A DNA stretch of 64,000 nt from NCBI RefSeq assembly GCF_009914755.1, contig NC_060936.1, one strand, 5' to 3'. The notes beneath the pieces were generated by a model, which ran no database searches, was not told the origin of the DNA, and saw only the letters and a program-made list of their open reading frames with translations. Source of the stretch: the human T2T-CHM13v2.0 reference genome, Homo sapiens. Position numbers and translations under genes: made by a program. This document shows, in pieces, positions 1 through 14,250 of this stretch; position 1 is the stretch's first letter, and every line of letters starts with the position of its first letter.

Positions 1-2369
1 AACAACCAAAACTAATTTTTACTTAATTTTATTTTTAACACTGGTCATTTATTTATTTGATGCATATTAGTACGATGATCTGCATGACATTAGACGTACG
101 TTAGTACTGAGGGAAAAAGATTGTTTTGCAAATATTTAAAGAAAAGCTAATATCTCATCTTTCTCTCTCCCTATCTTTTAACTAGGGCATAAAATGGCAT
201 AAAATGAATCTGTAATACGAAACTGCCCAGAAAAGGGACTTGTTTGTGACACGAGGCTAAATCTAACCAGATCCATTGGTGAATTGTGACAGATGGAGGG
301 ACTGTGAGACAGAAGGCAGGCACTAATCACACATAAAATGACCGGCTTGCCTCAACATGTTCCATGGATTCCAGCAAACTTTACACCCTAATCCATTTTT
401 AGAACAAAAAACATCTGGGCCATAAATCCTCTAATCTGCCAAAACACGCTATTAAATCCCATGATTTGTTGAAAAACACTAAGATTAAAGAAAGGAAATA
501 TAAAATGGCTAACTGCCGTGTTAGGAAAGTGTTATTAATACTCTTTGTCTCAATTATGAATGTTCTGGTACTAAGAGCCTTGTCTAATCATGTCAGATTA
601 CACATCCTTGTTGTATTGCTAGACTCTTCTATCTGATCTGCTGATTGCCAAAAAACATAGAATATGTTCTTGCTGCTTAAACGTTTCTATTGAAGAAACC
701 GATGTCAGAAACTGATGTAGTACTTCAGTGCTGGCAGGTTTCTAAATGATCCATGCCTCTTCCCCTGTTAGTATGCGCAGAGTAGACCTGGTCCTCTGAT
801 CTCCTTGAGGCAGAAAGAAAAGTTCCAGTGTAGGCGATAGAAAAGGGAAGCTTGAGAGTGATTATATATTTTGCCTTTCAGAGCTAAATTCATTGGAACT
901 TATTCAAAGAACAAAACATCTCTGCTCATTATAAACACAATAGTGAATTGAAAACAACTCTAAACCTAGAACAGATCTTCAGAGTTAATATTTACTGTAA
1001 AAGATGGTTGTATTTTATTATCCTCAACATCCTAATTTGGATCTCCTGTACATCATTCTTAATGTATAATTCTTGAACTTGTTCATGAACAATATTACTC
1101 TAGATAGAAATACAACTCTTACATGACCGTGATGGTCTTGGTATATGTTCATTTAGTAATATCTTAAGAGGATCAGTCTGATTTTCTTATGCTCTAACCC
1201 CTGTTTATACGCAACCTGGCATCATACATTTTTGTAGTCTATTTAGCTTCTATGTAGTCTAATTAGCTTCTCCAGAACACAAATATATTTGAAATGGCTT
1301 GGCACATGGCACTGAATAAAAGCATGAATTCTTTATGCTTTTTAGGGACTGCCAAGATAACATTGTGTAGGAAAAATGATTAATATAGATGCAAGAGGAA
1401 TGTAAATTATTATGAGGGGGAGTAACTGACAGACCTATGTTCTGTAATGGTTATTTCCAATTTGAGATGTGTGTTTCTGTGCAGGTAGAAATAACTGTTC
1501 ACTTTAAAATAAACATTCTTGCTTTTAGAGACTCTTGAGTTTTAGTTATAATGCTGTATGAAATGTTAACATTTGTATCTGCTATGTTAAATCATAAAGC
1601 CATGTATATATGACAACATTCAATCTTAATATGATTGTTTGCTGGTTCTTTACAGTTTGTTCTCCTCATAGTCACCAAATCCTTAACCCTGCTGACTCCG
1701 TCTCCCTCAGCAAATGGCTTTGCCTCTGATTTTGCAAAGAGCAGCAAGGCTGAACTCTCACCTTCCTGACCCTACCCTCACTCTTACTTTCTGCTGGCTT
1801 AATTTATTTCCATTTATGCCTATTTTGCTCCTCCTGTTTCAATAAAAATGGTTCCTTGCTTTCAATCAAGGCAAATCTCCTAATAAGAGTTCTAGATTTC
1901 TATATGTCTTCATTGATAATTCTATTTCTCATTTATATCATCTATCTAATTGTCTCTACCATCTCTACCACCTCAACTTGTAGATACTTAAGGTTCTCTT
2001 TTCTCCGAAAACAAGCAAATAAAGTGTCTTCTTTAACCTTGTTTTGCCCTCTCTTTCCAACACTGTTTCTCTTTTTATCTTTGAAGTCAAGCTTCTCAAA
2101 GATACATTATCTCATAATCTCCCATTCCCTCCTTACTCTCCAGTTCTCAGTGCAATCTTGTTTCTGTTGCAATTGGTCTCTAGTTGTCAAATAAATCCAA
2201 AGGACATTTTCCATTTCTTGAGAGGGAATGACAGCATTGACCATCCTCTCTTTATTGAATCTCATTTTAGCATTGTTCCTTTTTCCTCACTGCCTCCTCT
2301 GTGTTGGTATCCCTGCCTGGGATCCTTCCTTCACCTAATCCTTAGATTTTGATTCAAGATGCCAATTAT

Positions 2370-2800
2370 TAAAAAAGGATGTGTTTTGGAGCTGGGCAAG
2401 CCCGAATTAAAATCCTAGCTTTGACACTTACTAGGTATATAAATTACACAAGTTGTTTTACTGTTCTAAGTTGCAATTGTCTCTTAGGTTAAATAGGGAT
2501 AACACTCACTAGATAACAGAAATGTCAAGATTAAGTGAGTAAATATCATCTTTTATCATAATAAATGGTCAATGAAAGCTATTCAGTAACTGTCACTTTA
2601 TAAAATGGCATAGTAAAATAAGCAGAATTTGGAAATTGGATTCAACTGCATCTGGGATTTCCAGTTCTTGGTAAGTGTGATATTTGACAAATTTTAATGC
2701 TCAATCTAAGTTTTCACTTCCCTTAACTACAAAATGAAGGTAAAGCTGATGGAAGAATTAGATGAAATAACACATGTGAAGGAAGAGATAGCACTTGGTA
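2370..2800 (+). mobile_element. Two degraded MIR fragments
   Basis: MIR-like text (aatcctagctttgacacttactag; aaatagggataaca; gatgaaataacacatgtgaag...agcacttgg). Confidence 0.55.
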
Positions 2801-3262
2801 TCTGCAGAGGCAGGAAAAGATGTTAGACTCCTTTCTTTACTCTTTACACTTTCATTTTCCCTATATGTTCACTCTTAGCACTCTTATTAACATGGCTTTG
2901 ACTATCATGATGAAATCTGTGAGGGGATGTCATTCCTTGGCGGGCACAGAGGTTCAGTTAAATGGGCGTCAGACCATAAAGGCCAAAGAGACATATAATG
3001 GTTATCTGATAGATACATTTTATTCTGCCTTCATTATAGATTCAAGCAACAATTGCATCTAAAGTCAGGATCAGATGGGAGGGCATGTGTATAGGAGAGG
3101 TTTGGTGAACCTCAGTCTTAAGAGGAAAATGAGATGGCAAAGGTCAATATAACTTCCAGTTAACATCTCAAATGAGATTTGGAAAATGTGGGTTAGAAAT
3201 CATTAATGTAAGAAATTTGTGAGATTCTGTAACTTTGTTAAATTCACTATAATTTGATTTGA

Positions 3263-3561
<299 letters not shown>

Positions 3562-3773
3562 TGATGTTTTATGCTTCAGTGTTTCTTCTTAACCATTACC
3601 AAAAATATTCTCAAAATTTCTGTTTTTCTTAACTAAAAAGTCTCCTTATATATTTTTTTCAGAGGCAGAAAAGAAGGGACAAACTAGAAAGTCTAATTTT
3701 GGAGGAGATAAACTCTAAAAGGAAAGTAGTAATGGCTGCTATACAAGGAAAGAAAATAAAATACAAAACCACT

Positions 3774-4210
3774 TGTAATGGGTTGAATTGTGTCTGCCCA
3801 AAAGATATATCCAAGTCCTAAACTTAATTATCTGTGACTCTGGCCTCTTTTGAAAACAAGGTCTTTGAAGATGTAATTAAGGATCTCAAGGTGAGATCAC
3901 CCTGAAATTAGGCTGGGCCATAAATCCAATAACCGGTTGCCTTATAAGAGGAGAGAGATTTGACCCATAGAAATAGGGGAGAAAGCCAAGTGAATATGCA
4001 GGCAGAGATTGGAGTTATGCATCTATGAGCCAGGACTGTCAGCAGTATGGAGGCATGGAACAGGTTCTCATTCAGAGCTTCCAGAAGGAACCCACCCTGC
4101 TGACACCTTGACTTCAGATTTCTAGGCCCTGAATAGCAAGAGAATAAATTTCTGTTTCAACCCACCCAGTTTACAGTAATTTGTAATGGCAGCTCTAGGA
4201 AACCAATATG
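3774..4210 (+). mobile_element. MaLR solo LTR (MLT1B/C-like)
   Basis: Starts tgtaatgggttgaattgtgtc and ends gcagctctaggaaaccaata; internal aataaa; flanking ccact/ccacc 5-bp TSD. Confidence 0.85.
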
Positions 4211-4329
4211 CCACCCTTGGTCTTTACCATGTCTCTAAGAATTGAGAAATGATCCCAAGAACTGTAAAATAACTACTGCTTGCCTCAAACCCTTCCAGAT
4301 TGCCAGATACATGTATCTGTTTATTGACT

Positions 4330-4690
4330 AAGCTTCTCTACTTGAATGTCCCATGAGTACCTGATATGCAGCATGTCTGGCACAGAATTCATCATCTTTC
4401 CATGGCCTCAGTCCCCTCTTTCTATATTCCATAGACCTTGTCAGTTGCCCTTCCGATTCTTGGGAGTAATTTAAGGTCTCTCCTTTACCCTCTAAAGATA
4501 CAAGGCAGGCAAACCCTGACAGTTTCACTTCTTCCTCGCTCTCAAATTTGCTTCTCCATCCTCTGCTTTCATGAAAGCCACCTGATATCTCACTATGCCT
4601 TGGCCTCCTAACTGGTTTTCCTATCTTTAGGCTTACACTCTTTGAATTCATGTCTATTCTCTTTCCAGATAAAGCATTTAAGAATATCTC
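4330..4690. mobile_element. L2 fragment (probably continuing at about 5320-5770)
   Basis: L2-like text (ctacttgaatgtccc...cagcatgtc...agaattcatcatcttt; cctcctaactggtttt). Confidence 0.55.
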
Positions 4691-4704
4691 AAAAAAAAAA
4701 AAAT

Positions 4705-5003
4705 GCCGGGCATGGTGGCACATGCCTCTAATCCCAGCACTTTGGGAGGCTGAGGCGAGTAGATCACTTGACCTTAGGAGTTCAAAATCAGCCTGGGCAA
4801 CATGGTGAAATCCCATCTCTACAAAAAAACACAAAAAATTAGTGGAGCATGGTGGTGCTTGCCTGTAGTCCCAGCTACTTGGGGGGCTGAGGCAGAGAAC
4901 TGCTTGAGCCTGGGAGGTAGAGGCTTCAATGAGCCATGTTCACCTGCCACTGCACTTCAGCTTGGGTGACAAAGCAAGACTCTGTCTAAAGACAAAAATA
5001 AAA
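4705..5003 (+). mobile_element. AluJ-type SINE
   Basis: gccgggcatggtggc start, dimeric body, gcctgggcaacatgg, degenerate A tail. Confidence 0.92.
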
Positions 5004-5089
5004 ATATCTATTTATCTCTCTATCTATGTATATTTAAAAAAATTGATGTCAACATCCCTGATTACAAACCCTCCTCTGGTACCGTAGTG

Positions 5090-5320
5090 CTTCAAGAAAC
5101 ATTTCAAAAATAATGACCTGTAATAGCCCATGAAAAAATAATTCCATGTATAAGTGTAAGAAATACAAAATTAAAGTTAAAAAGGTTTAATTGCATGAGT
5201 TTTTAAAATCCTGAATATGTTAATGTGCATTGTGAGTCTTCAAGAGATCACAGTATGCAGCTTTTACTGGAACTTTTGAAACTCTTTAATGTTCCTGGAA
5301 AATCATCATTCTGAGATAAG
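5090..5320. mobile_element. hAT-Charlie DNA transposon remnant (MER103-like)
   Basis: aatatgttaatgtgcattgtgagtcttcaagag...agtatgcagc resembles the recalled MER103 consensus. Confidence 0.45.
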
Positions 5321-6294
5321 TCCCAAACTCTTTCACAAGGCCTAAGAGTCTCCTCATGATGTCAACTCTGCTTATCTTTCCTGTGTCCCCTCTTGCCAGT
5401 CTCTCATGTGTCCTGCGTTTAAGCTGTACACAACATTCCCCCTTTTCCAAGGACAGGCCTTCATCCTTTCACTCCACACTCCTGTATCCCAAGTTTTTCT
5501 CTTTCGCTGAAAGGCTCTTTCTTTCTGGTGTGTTGGTGAATTTATTCAAACATCACCCCTTCTGTGAGAACTTCTCTTACATACCCTACACATGTTCTTT
5601 GACAAGATTAGTACTTCCCACACATGTGTTCCTTCAAAACCTTGTGAATGTTTTTAGTGTCCTATTGTCTTGCATTTGTCTTTCATAGTGGTCTATGGAC
5701 TACTTAGCATTTTTTAGTACAATCTATTATTCCTTTGGCCCAGGGCAGGATCTGTTGAAGAAATAAATGCACATTCTAAGTTGAAAGTATCTGCCTTGAT
5801 AATTCCAAATCTATTGATAATTTCTGTCTTCTTATCAATAGAAGCCTGGACCATATGGTACAGGTTTATTAAAATTCATGAATTTAACAGATGATATTAG
5901 TGCCACACAAATCTTATTTACTACGTATTTATTTTATATAGGAGTTGTAAGTAAAAGTAATGGCATATTTGTTTCCAGTGATTTTCAACAAATATATTTT
6001 TTTCTATTTTTGTGGTCATTGATCAGCATTACATTTTTGACACCCTGATAGGTAGACAATTTTTTTATCTGTGAAAGCTCACCGGAATTAGATAATACAT
6101 GTGAAAGCAGTTTGCAAACTGTAAAGTGTTATGCAAATGTTAATTGTCAGATGTCTTTGAATGATATCTACAACTTCCTGATAATCCAATGGCTTTCCAT
6201 GCATCACAATATTCTTGTTCATTCCTTCAATCACCTTCCTGCAAACAAGGTTTTTCTCATTAAAACCCTTGTATAAATTTTGCTTATTAAAAAC

Positions 6295-6958
<664 letters not shown>

Positions 6959-9362
6959 TGTAAACTAACAAACTTTCAAAATAATATCCTCCTTTAAGTC
7001 ATCGTGTCTTAACCTGGCATGTTGTACAACTCAAGTAGCCAATTAATGGACTTGGAAATATTGCCCTTTGTTTTACTGGGTCAATTTGCATTTACTACAT
7101 TTGCTCAGGTATAGTTTTAGTTTTCATGCGTTAATGCCTCTGAGGAATGAAGGCTAAGAACAGTACATTCCAATATGTCCCAAAGATATGCTAGGAAAAA
7201 GACTGTAGGCACCTAAAGTCTCAGTCAAAGGCTGTTGTCTGCTTATCCTCCAGACTAAGCAAAACGTATGGCAAAGGAAGAGTATTTAAATCTCATTTAT
7301 TGTATGGATGAGTAAAATGATAAATGGCCGAGAAGAGCATCTAATGCAGAGTGGCTACCAAAAGGCAACAACTAAAAAGAATGAACACCAACCAATAGAT
7401 CATGGTTATAAGGCTCCAAAATCCATTGGCTCTAAGTCTGGATAAGTTACTAGATTTTTATGTACATTTATTTCCTTAAAATTAAAGCTGAGGTAATAAA
7501 TATAGAATCATAGAACTGTCTACGCTCTGACAAAAAATTACTTCAAATCCCTAGGTAGACACACAGGCTCTTTAGGTCTGTGTTCCCTATCTGCTAAATA
7601 ACAAGCTTTGACTAGATTATATGGATATCTACTCCATCTAGTTAAGGGTCTATAATTGTAGAACAGCTGCAGTGAGAAAATAGATGAAAAAACTGCTTTG
7701 AAAAAAAAGTTAAAAGTGCTATACATATGTTCGATATAGGTGGAAAAAGCCAATAAGGGAAAGATAACATCTGGTCAAAAGATTCTAAAATTATCCATCA
7801 TTCTTCTGAACTATTCATACCTTTTAAGGATCTCCTTCCTTTGGAGCTGCCTATCATTTGCGTACCATATCAAAAGCATTCTTATAGAATACACTGTAAT
7901 ATTGGTCACCAACCTCAAAAAGTCACTTTCTATATTTGTAGCTAATAGATATATAGCAAAGAGCCCCATGTGATTAACGATAACTTAAGTCATCTTTCAG
8001 TCCACAGTCTTCTGTGGTTTAATAATGGCATCACACATTAATTCTTCTTTCAGGAGTGACCTTTACAACACCATTAATCCTCACAGCTTTTATCCAACTA
8101 CATTATTACTCATTAAAGTTTCAGCTTTCAACATCTGCATTTGTTGAAAAGAGAAAAGTAAATTGTAGTAGACTTAAATCCTTGGAAATTATGAGGGATG
8201 TGTATGTGGTGAAAGGACTTTTCAGAAAAAAAAAAAGAGATGTTTTAGTAGTGGGGAAAGTCATGATAAATGACGTTAAGTATGTTCTTGCCTTTCTAAA
8301 ATACTTTCCCATGCTTAATCTTTGGGAATGCTAAAGAAAAAATATTCATACATGATACAAATAAAAACATATTAGTTATTCTACTAGTCACATATTCCAG
8401 TTCTAACAACATCACAAAAGTTGCTCATGTACTAACACTATGACATTTATAAGCCTACATGTATATTATGATAGTGAATGATTCTTGCCAAATAAAATAT
8501 TTTTTCTTTTACATAGTACATGAAAGTAAATCTAATCTTGGAGCTCATTTAGGATGCTGAGCAGAGTAACTGGAGTTAGACTATAAGATGAAAAAGCACA
8601 CATGTGTCTGAAACCTTTTTCAAACTTCTCAAAGCTTCAGTTTTCACTGTTCCTCTTTTCACTGTGGCCCCACTGCCCAGACTGAATTCCTCTTAACAAA
8701 TAATCTGGAATTCTTCTTTGTGGAGATTAAAGCATTTGATACACACTCCTTCAGACTTCATTCTGATCATTCCAAAATTTCTCTGAAATGTTACCATTTA
8801 TCTCTTCCTTTCCTTCAGTCTCAGGAAGAAGAAAAGTTTTTCTCCTTTACAAGGGTTAATCCCTTCCCATCACTTTTCATATCTATACATGTCTTTTGCA
8901 CTTTTTCATATCTATACATGTCTCTAACTCTTCTTCCTCTCCCCCCTTGAAGAGTAATATACATATTCCTATTTTAAAACCTGTCTCTACTTAGCCTTCT
9001 CAAACTATTATCACTTCCCAACACCAAACTTAGAAAAAGGTGAGTTTATATCACCAAATTAACTTTATTTCTTCATATTCTTCCGCTCTGTATAACTGGA
9101 AATCTATTCAAACCATTCATTAAAACTTCTCTGTCAGTCTACCTGTCCATGAACTCCAAATCCTAAGGCTCTTATTCTTCATGTTCTTTAATTGTCCTGC
9201 AGAAGGTGCACTATTAAATAATCCCTCTTTTTTGAAACTTCGTTTTCCTAGGCTAGTATGACATTACCCTGTCTTCACTCTTATTCTAAAATACCCACTT
9301 GCTCTTCATTCTTATTCTAAGACACTCAACTTACTCTTCATCAGTTTTGCATCTAAAAAAAG

Positions 9363-9759
9363 TGTAGTTGTTCTAAAATATGTTCAAAGATACTTTTATA
9401 CTCTCTACTTCAGTTGGAGCCTAATTCTCCTTGCCTTGAGTTGGGCTGGACTTAATGATTCTCTTATAAGAAACAGAATAAAGCAGAATTGCCTCTGGAT
9501 GAACTTGGAGAACAGGTTATTTCGTGATATAAACTGTGCCTTTTTCTTTGTTCTTCCCTTGGATCACTCATTCAGGAAGGTTCACTGTCATGCTACAAGC
9601 AGCCCTAGGGACAGGCCTATGTGGCAAAGAACCGAGACCACCAGAAAACAGATAATAATAAATGTTAAACAATAAATAATAATAAATGAGACAGTAAATA
9701 TTGGTTGTTTTCTACTTCTAAGTTTTAGGTTAATTTGTTACACAGCAATAAATAATATA
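9363..9759 (+). mobile_element. Old MaLR LTR (MLT1F/G/H-like)
   Basis: tgtagttg start, ccttgagttgggctggactta, 3' end ctaagttttaggttaatttgttacacagcaataaataa. Confidence 0.7.
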
Positions 9760-9930
9760 TTAGTTATCTATATTATAATATTAATATCAGTTATCTATCT
9801 ATTAGTATCTAATGCAATACCAGCTGCTAAGTTTTAGGTTAATCTGTTACACAGCAATAAATAATACATTAGTTATCTATATTATAGTATTAATATTAGT
9901 TATTTATCTATTAGTATCTAATGCAATACC
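9718..9930. repeat. Tandem duplication, two 104-bp copies (period 109)
   Basis: 9718-9821 versus 9827-9930, 5 mismatches by manual alignment. Confidence 0.95.
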
Positions 9931-11402
9931 TATGATTCTTCACTCCACTTCTTTTCTTACCACACACAGCCTTTTTTGGTGGACTTATTTGCTCTCCTGA
10001 GTTCAACCACCTCATCATGGAATAATTTCCATATCTAAAATTCTAGCACATCTTTTACCGATGAGGCTCGTATTTCCAGCTTCTTCCTGAACACCTCTAC
10101 CTAGATAGTTCCTTGTGCTGCAAATTCAACACATATTACATTTTTATTTCTTCTCCCAAACCTGCTCCAATTCTGGGCTCCCCTTTCATTGTTAATAGAG
10201 GCATAATAATCCTTGTTATTTCATAAATTCAAAATTCTAGTTTCCTGTCTACAACTTGACCTTTACCAGATACATTCTATTGTGACTGAATTATGTCAAT
10301 TCTTCCTTGATTAATCTTTTTAATCCATTCTCTCCTTTATCATTGTTTATTTGTATCTCATGTAACTTATTCTTGTCCTACATGTAAACAATGGTTTCCT
10401 GAATTCCAACATCATTCTGCCATCTGATCCTTTCAGTTTTAGCTCTGATCACTTTCCACCACACATTTTTTTCTACAATCTAGACAAATCAGTGCATTTC
10501 TCAAAAATATGCTATTTCACTTTGTGATTTTTTTCTTACTGCCTAGAATGCCTAGGAATCTATCTCTTCTTCAAGGCTCAGTTTGAATTAGGATATATCT
10601 AACTCATACTTTTCTGTAGTCCTTCCCAGACAGAATCCAACACTCTCCTCTCTTTGTTGAACTTTATCTGTGCTCTGCAACAGCGCTTATTATAGCTGAC
10701 TTATACCATAGAATGAATGACTCTCCCTTAACTAAACCATGAGCTCCTTGAGGGCTGGCCTCCTTAAAAATTGAATAAAAATAATACAAATATCAATAAA
10801 TCTGTGTTGAAATCAGTATCTGCAGTCTGATTTATGTATGCTGAAATTAAAATCATTGACTTTTTCAAAGTCAGCTTATAGAAGTGTTTTCTACTATTTT
10901 GTTTATGCTACTGAATTTACAATTATATAGAATTGAAGCTATCCACTCTTTATAATACTTTGGTGTTTGCAAGTAATCCTCAAACAGAACGAAATTGAAC
11001 AAACTTCACATCCTTATGGTTGATTGATGATAGAGGCAAAATGCATTTCATCATAATGTATACTTTGTGCAATTCACAAAAAAAATGGAAATTTCAGTGA
11101 TGCAAAAAGTAAGTCACCTAACAATAACATTCTGGAACCATCATTGCTCACTGCGATTAGTCACTTAGTCCTCTTTTTATATTGTATGGACATAGTTAGA
11201 AATATAGATATAACCTACACAATTAGATTTTCAGGAGGGCATTATAACTTAGACTTTAGTGAGAAATTTCATTTACATGTTTAAAACGGACCTAGGTGGT
11301 TCCTCAAATTGAAGCTGTCCTATAGAATTCAAGCCGTGTATAGAGTGGGTGTGATGTGCCATTTAAAGATGATTCCATTCAATAGCCATAAACAGAAAAT
11401 CA

Positions 11403-11615
<213 letters not shown>

Positions 11616-12906
11616 TCATTAGAACATGAGCTGTGATAAGGAAAGGCTGATAAAAAATGCCTAGAAAAACACAGGTATGCAGCCTGTCATTTCCCATCAA
11701 ATTACTCTACCAATCAGTGATCTTAACATTCATTCTGAACATTACAGCATTTGCTTAGCTGTCAACATAATGCCTCCTTCAACTATACATTCAAAATACC
11801 TTTTGTATAAGAGAAAGTACATGTGTACTCAACTACCCACAGAAAGCAGATAATTTTTGTAACCTGTAAGAAATATTCTTAAAAAGCTACTCTTTGTGCT
11901 ATATTCATTTGTATTGAGAGATATTACACATTAAATCTGAAATATGATGTAGGTAGGTTTTTTTTTTTAATCTCCAAAGAAAAGGGGTTGGATCTGATGC
12001 ATCTTTGTACCCTGGTACCTAGGCAGAGCACCTGGAACACCCATGATGGAGGACCACAGATAGTTGTGTGCCTCTGATCAGAACTGCTCTCCAAATTCAA
12101 CACGCACACACAAGAAAATTTCTAGCTTTCTTAGAAAATAATCCTTTCTCCCTAGGTTTCACAGAAACACCTTTGAATTTGATCTAAAAATGAAAATAAA
12201 CATAATTAACATCACCCTACTATGTGCAACTTATTTATATGTCATACTGTTCTAAACACTAAACAAACACCATGTTTTCAAAATCCAGATGTGTTTTCTA
12301 GGTTTCTCTTTCAGTACCTGGTTTCTCTTATACTATATGTGTCACGAAGATCATGTGATCAGTTCAGCATGGTTGATGATTTCCAGCTGTTCTATGGTTT
12401 GACAGGTCAAAACACAGTTTATACTCAATTTTAAATCGTTCTCTTAGGTAATTTCATACATGAGACTTATAGATACAGTATCATTAAAATTTATATTACA
12501 TCATATAAGAATATAAGAATGAGATAATATTAACATTATATCACTTTTTAAATTAGAAATTGAAAAAGTTATTTTGTTCCTTTCGTGTGCTCTAAAATTG
12601 GAATATCTTACCACTTGTTTATTTATCAACGTTTACAATATATCTAATTTTACATTAATATTATTGTAGAATAAAAATTTAGTTTCCACGTAGCTATTTC
12701 ACGAGTTAAGAACATAAAATATTTACCAATAACAGGATTTGTTGAAAGTAGAAAAATTTTTAATCAAATGGGGTAGTCAGGTGACATTAAAGTATATGTT
12801 AATTACTGTATACAAAAATTTAATGCACAGTCCTACCAAAAGAACCACTGAAATAAATCATTTTATGAAATGGTTAAATGGTAAAATATGACATCGATAT
12901 CAAGTT

Positions 12907-12962
<56 letters not shown>
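12907..12962. repeat. Compound (TA)n(CA)n(TA)n microsatellite at an Alu tail
   Basis: Directly visible. Confidence 0.95.
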
Positions 12963-12989
<27 letters not shown>

Positions 12990-13275
12990 GAGATGGAGTC
13001 TTGCTCTGTTGCCCAGGCTGGAGTGCAGTGGTGCAATCTCGGCTCATCGTGATCTCCGCCTGCCACTTCAAGTGATTCTCCTGCCTCAGCCTCCTGAGTA
13101 GCTGGGACACTACTACGTGGTGCACACCACCACGTCCGGCTAATTTTTGTATTTTTAGTAGAGACAGGGTTTCACCATGTTGGCCAGCTAGTCTTGAACT
13201 CCTGACCTCAAGTGATCTGCCTGCGTTGGCCTCCCAAAGTGCTGGGATTACAGGCATGAGCCATGGCGCCTGGCC
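12963..13275 (-). mobile_element. AluS-type SINE (Sx-like)
   Basis: Poly-T, Alu body with cctgacctcaagtgatc; TSD tcaagt(t/c)tatat. Confidence 0.93.
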
Positions 13276-13617
13276 TCAAGTCTATATTTTTAAGTGGCTT
13301 AATATTATTAGATTATTATTTGATTCTGTGGTTATGTGCACTTAAGAATCCCATGAACAGACTAGGAAAAAGTTACCTTTGTAATAGATCTTATTTCAGT
13401 TTATATTGTCTGTTTCAGAAAAAAAAAAATTGAAAATTCATGAGACAATTCAAATTAGCAATCTTCTATGATGTCAGATAAGTAAGAAATTAAAGACTAT
13501 TATACCAAATCTATATTGATTCATAAGATCTTGACAGGAAGTGAAATAATTCCATCACTGATGCAACATTTAATTTGGAGAAGTTTACTTTAGCATTTTA
13601 AAAACTATAGGGGCAAT

Positions 13618-13894
13618 GGCTGGGTGCAGTGGCTCACACCTGTAATCCCAGCACTTTGGGAGGCCAAGTCAGGCAGATCATGAGGTCAGGAGATTGAGAC
13701 TATCCTGGCCAACACGGTGAAACTTTGTTTCTACTAAAAATACAAAAAATTAGCTGAGCATGGTGGCATGCACCTGTAGTCTCAGCTACTCAGGAGGCTA
13801 AGGCAGGAGAATCACCTGAACCCGGGAGGCGGAGGCTGCAGTGAGTTAGATCGTGCCACTGCACTCCAGCCTGAGCAACAGAGTGAGACTGTGT

Positions 13895-13947
<53 letters not shown>
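13618..13947 (+). mobile_element. AluS-type SINE (Sc-like) with 52-nt pure A tail
   Basis: gatcatgaggtcaggagattgagactatcctggccaac; perfect TSD aaaactataggggcaat. Confidence 0.95.
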
Positions 13948-13949
<2 letters not shown>

Positions 13950-14079
13950 ATAGGGGCAATATTATCCCTAATTGTTCAATCTGAAACATGACCTGTTCAA
14001 CCATAATCTATATATATGATGTCATAATTGGCAGCAATATGGAAGTATTGTGTCCTCACATTTTAATCTAGTATGAATG

Positions 14080-14250
14080 AATACTTCTCAACATGTGGCT
14101 CACAGACTAGCACCATAAGCACACCTGGGAACTTGTTAGAAAGGCAAATTCTCTATCATAGAAACTATGGGGATGGGTCCCAGCAACCTGTGTTTAACAA
14201 GCCTTCATTCCCAGGTGATTCTGATGCACACTCAAGTGTAAGAGCCACTG
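14080..14250. mobile_element. MER5A (hAT-Charlie MITE)
   Basis: cacctgggaacttgttagaaaggcaaattctc ... ccaggtgattctgatgcacactcaagtgtaagagccactg. Confidence 0.85.

Noticed and set aside
4328-4834. Longest ORF in the track (168 aa, minus strand)
   Set aside because: Runs through antisense Alu, a poly-A run and L2 remnant; typical repeat-derived translation.
6120-6140. TGTTATGCAAAT octamer/Sox-Oct-like motif
   Set aside because: Falls in a MIR-like 3' tail where this text arises from the repeat consensus; no independent support.
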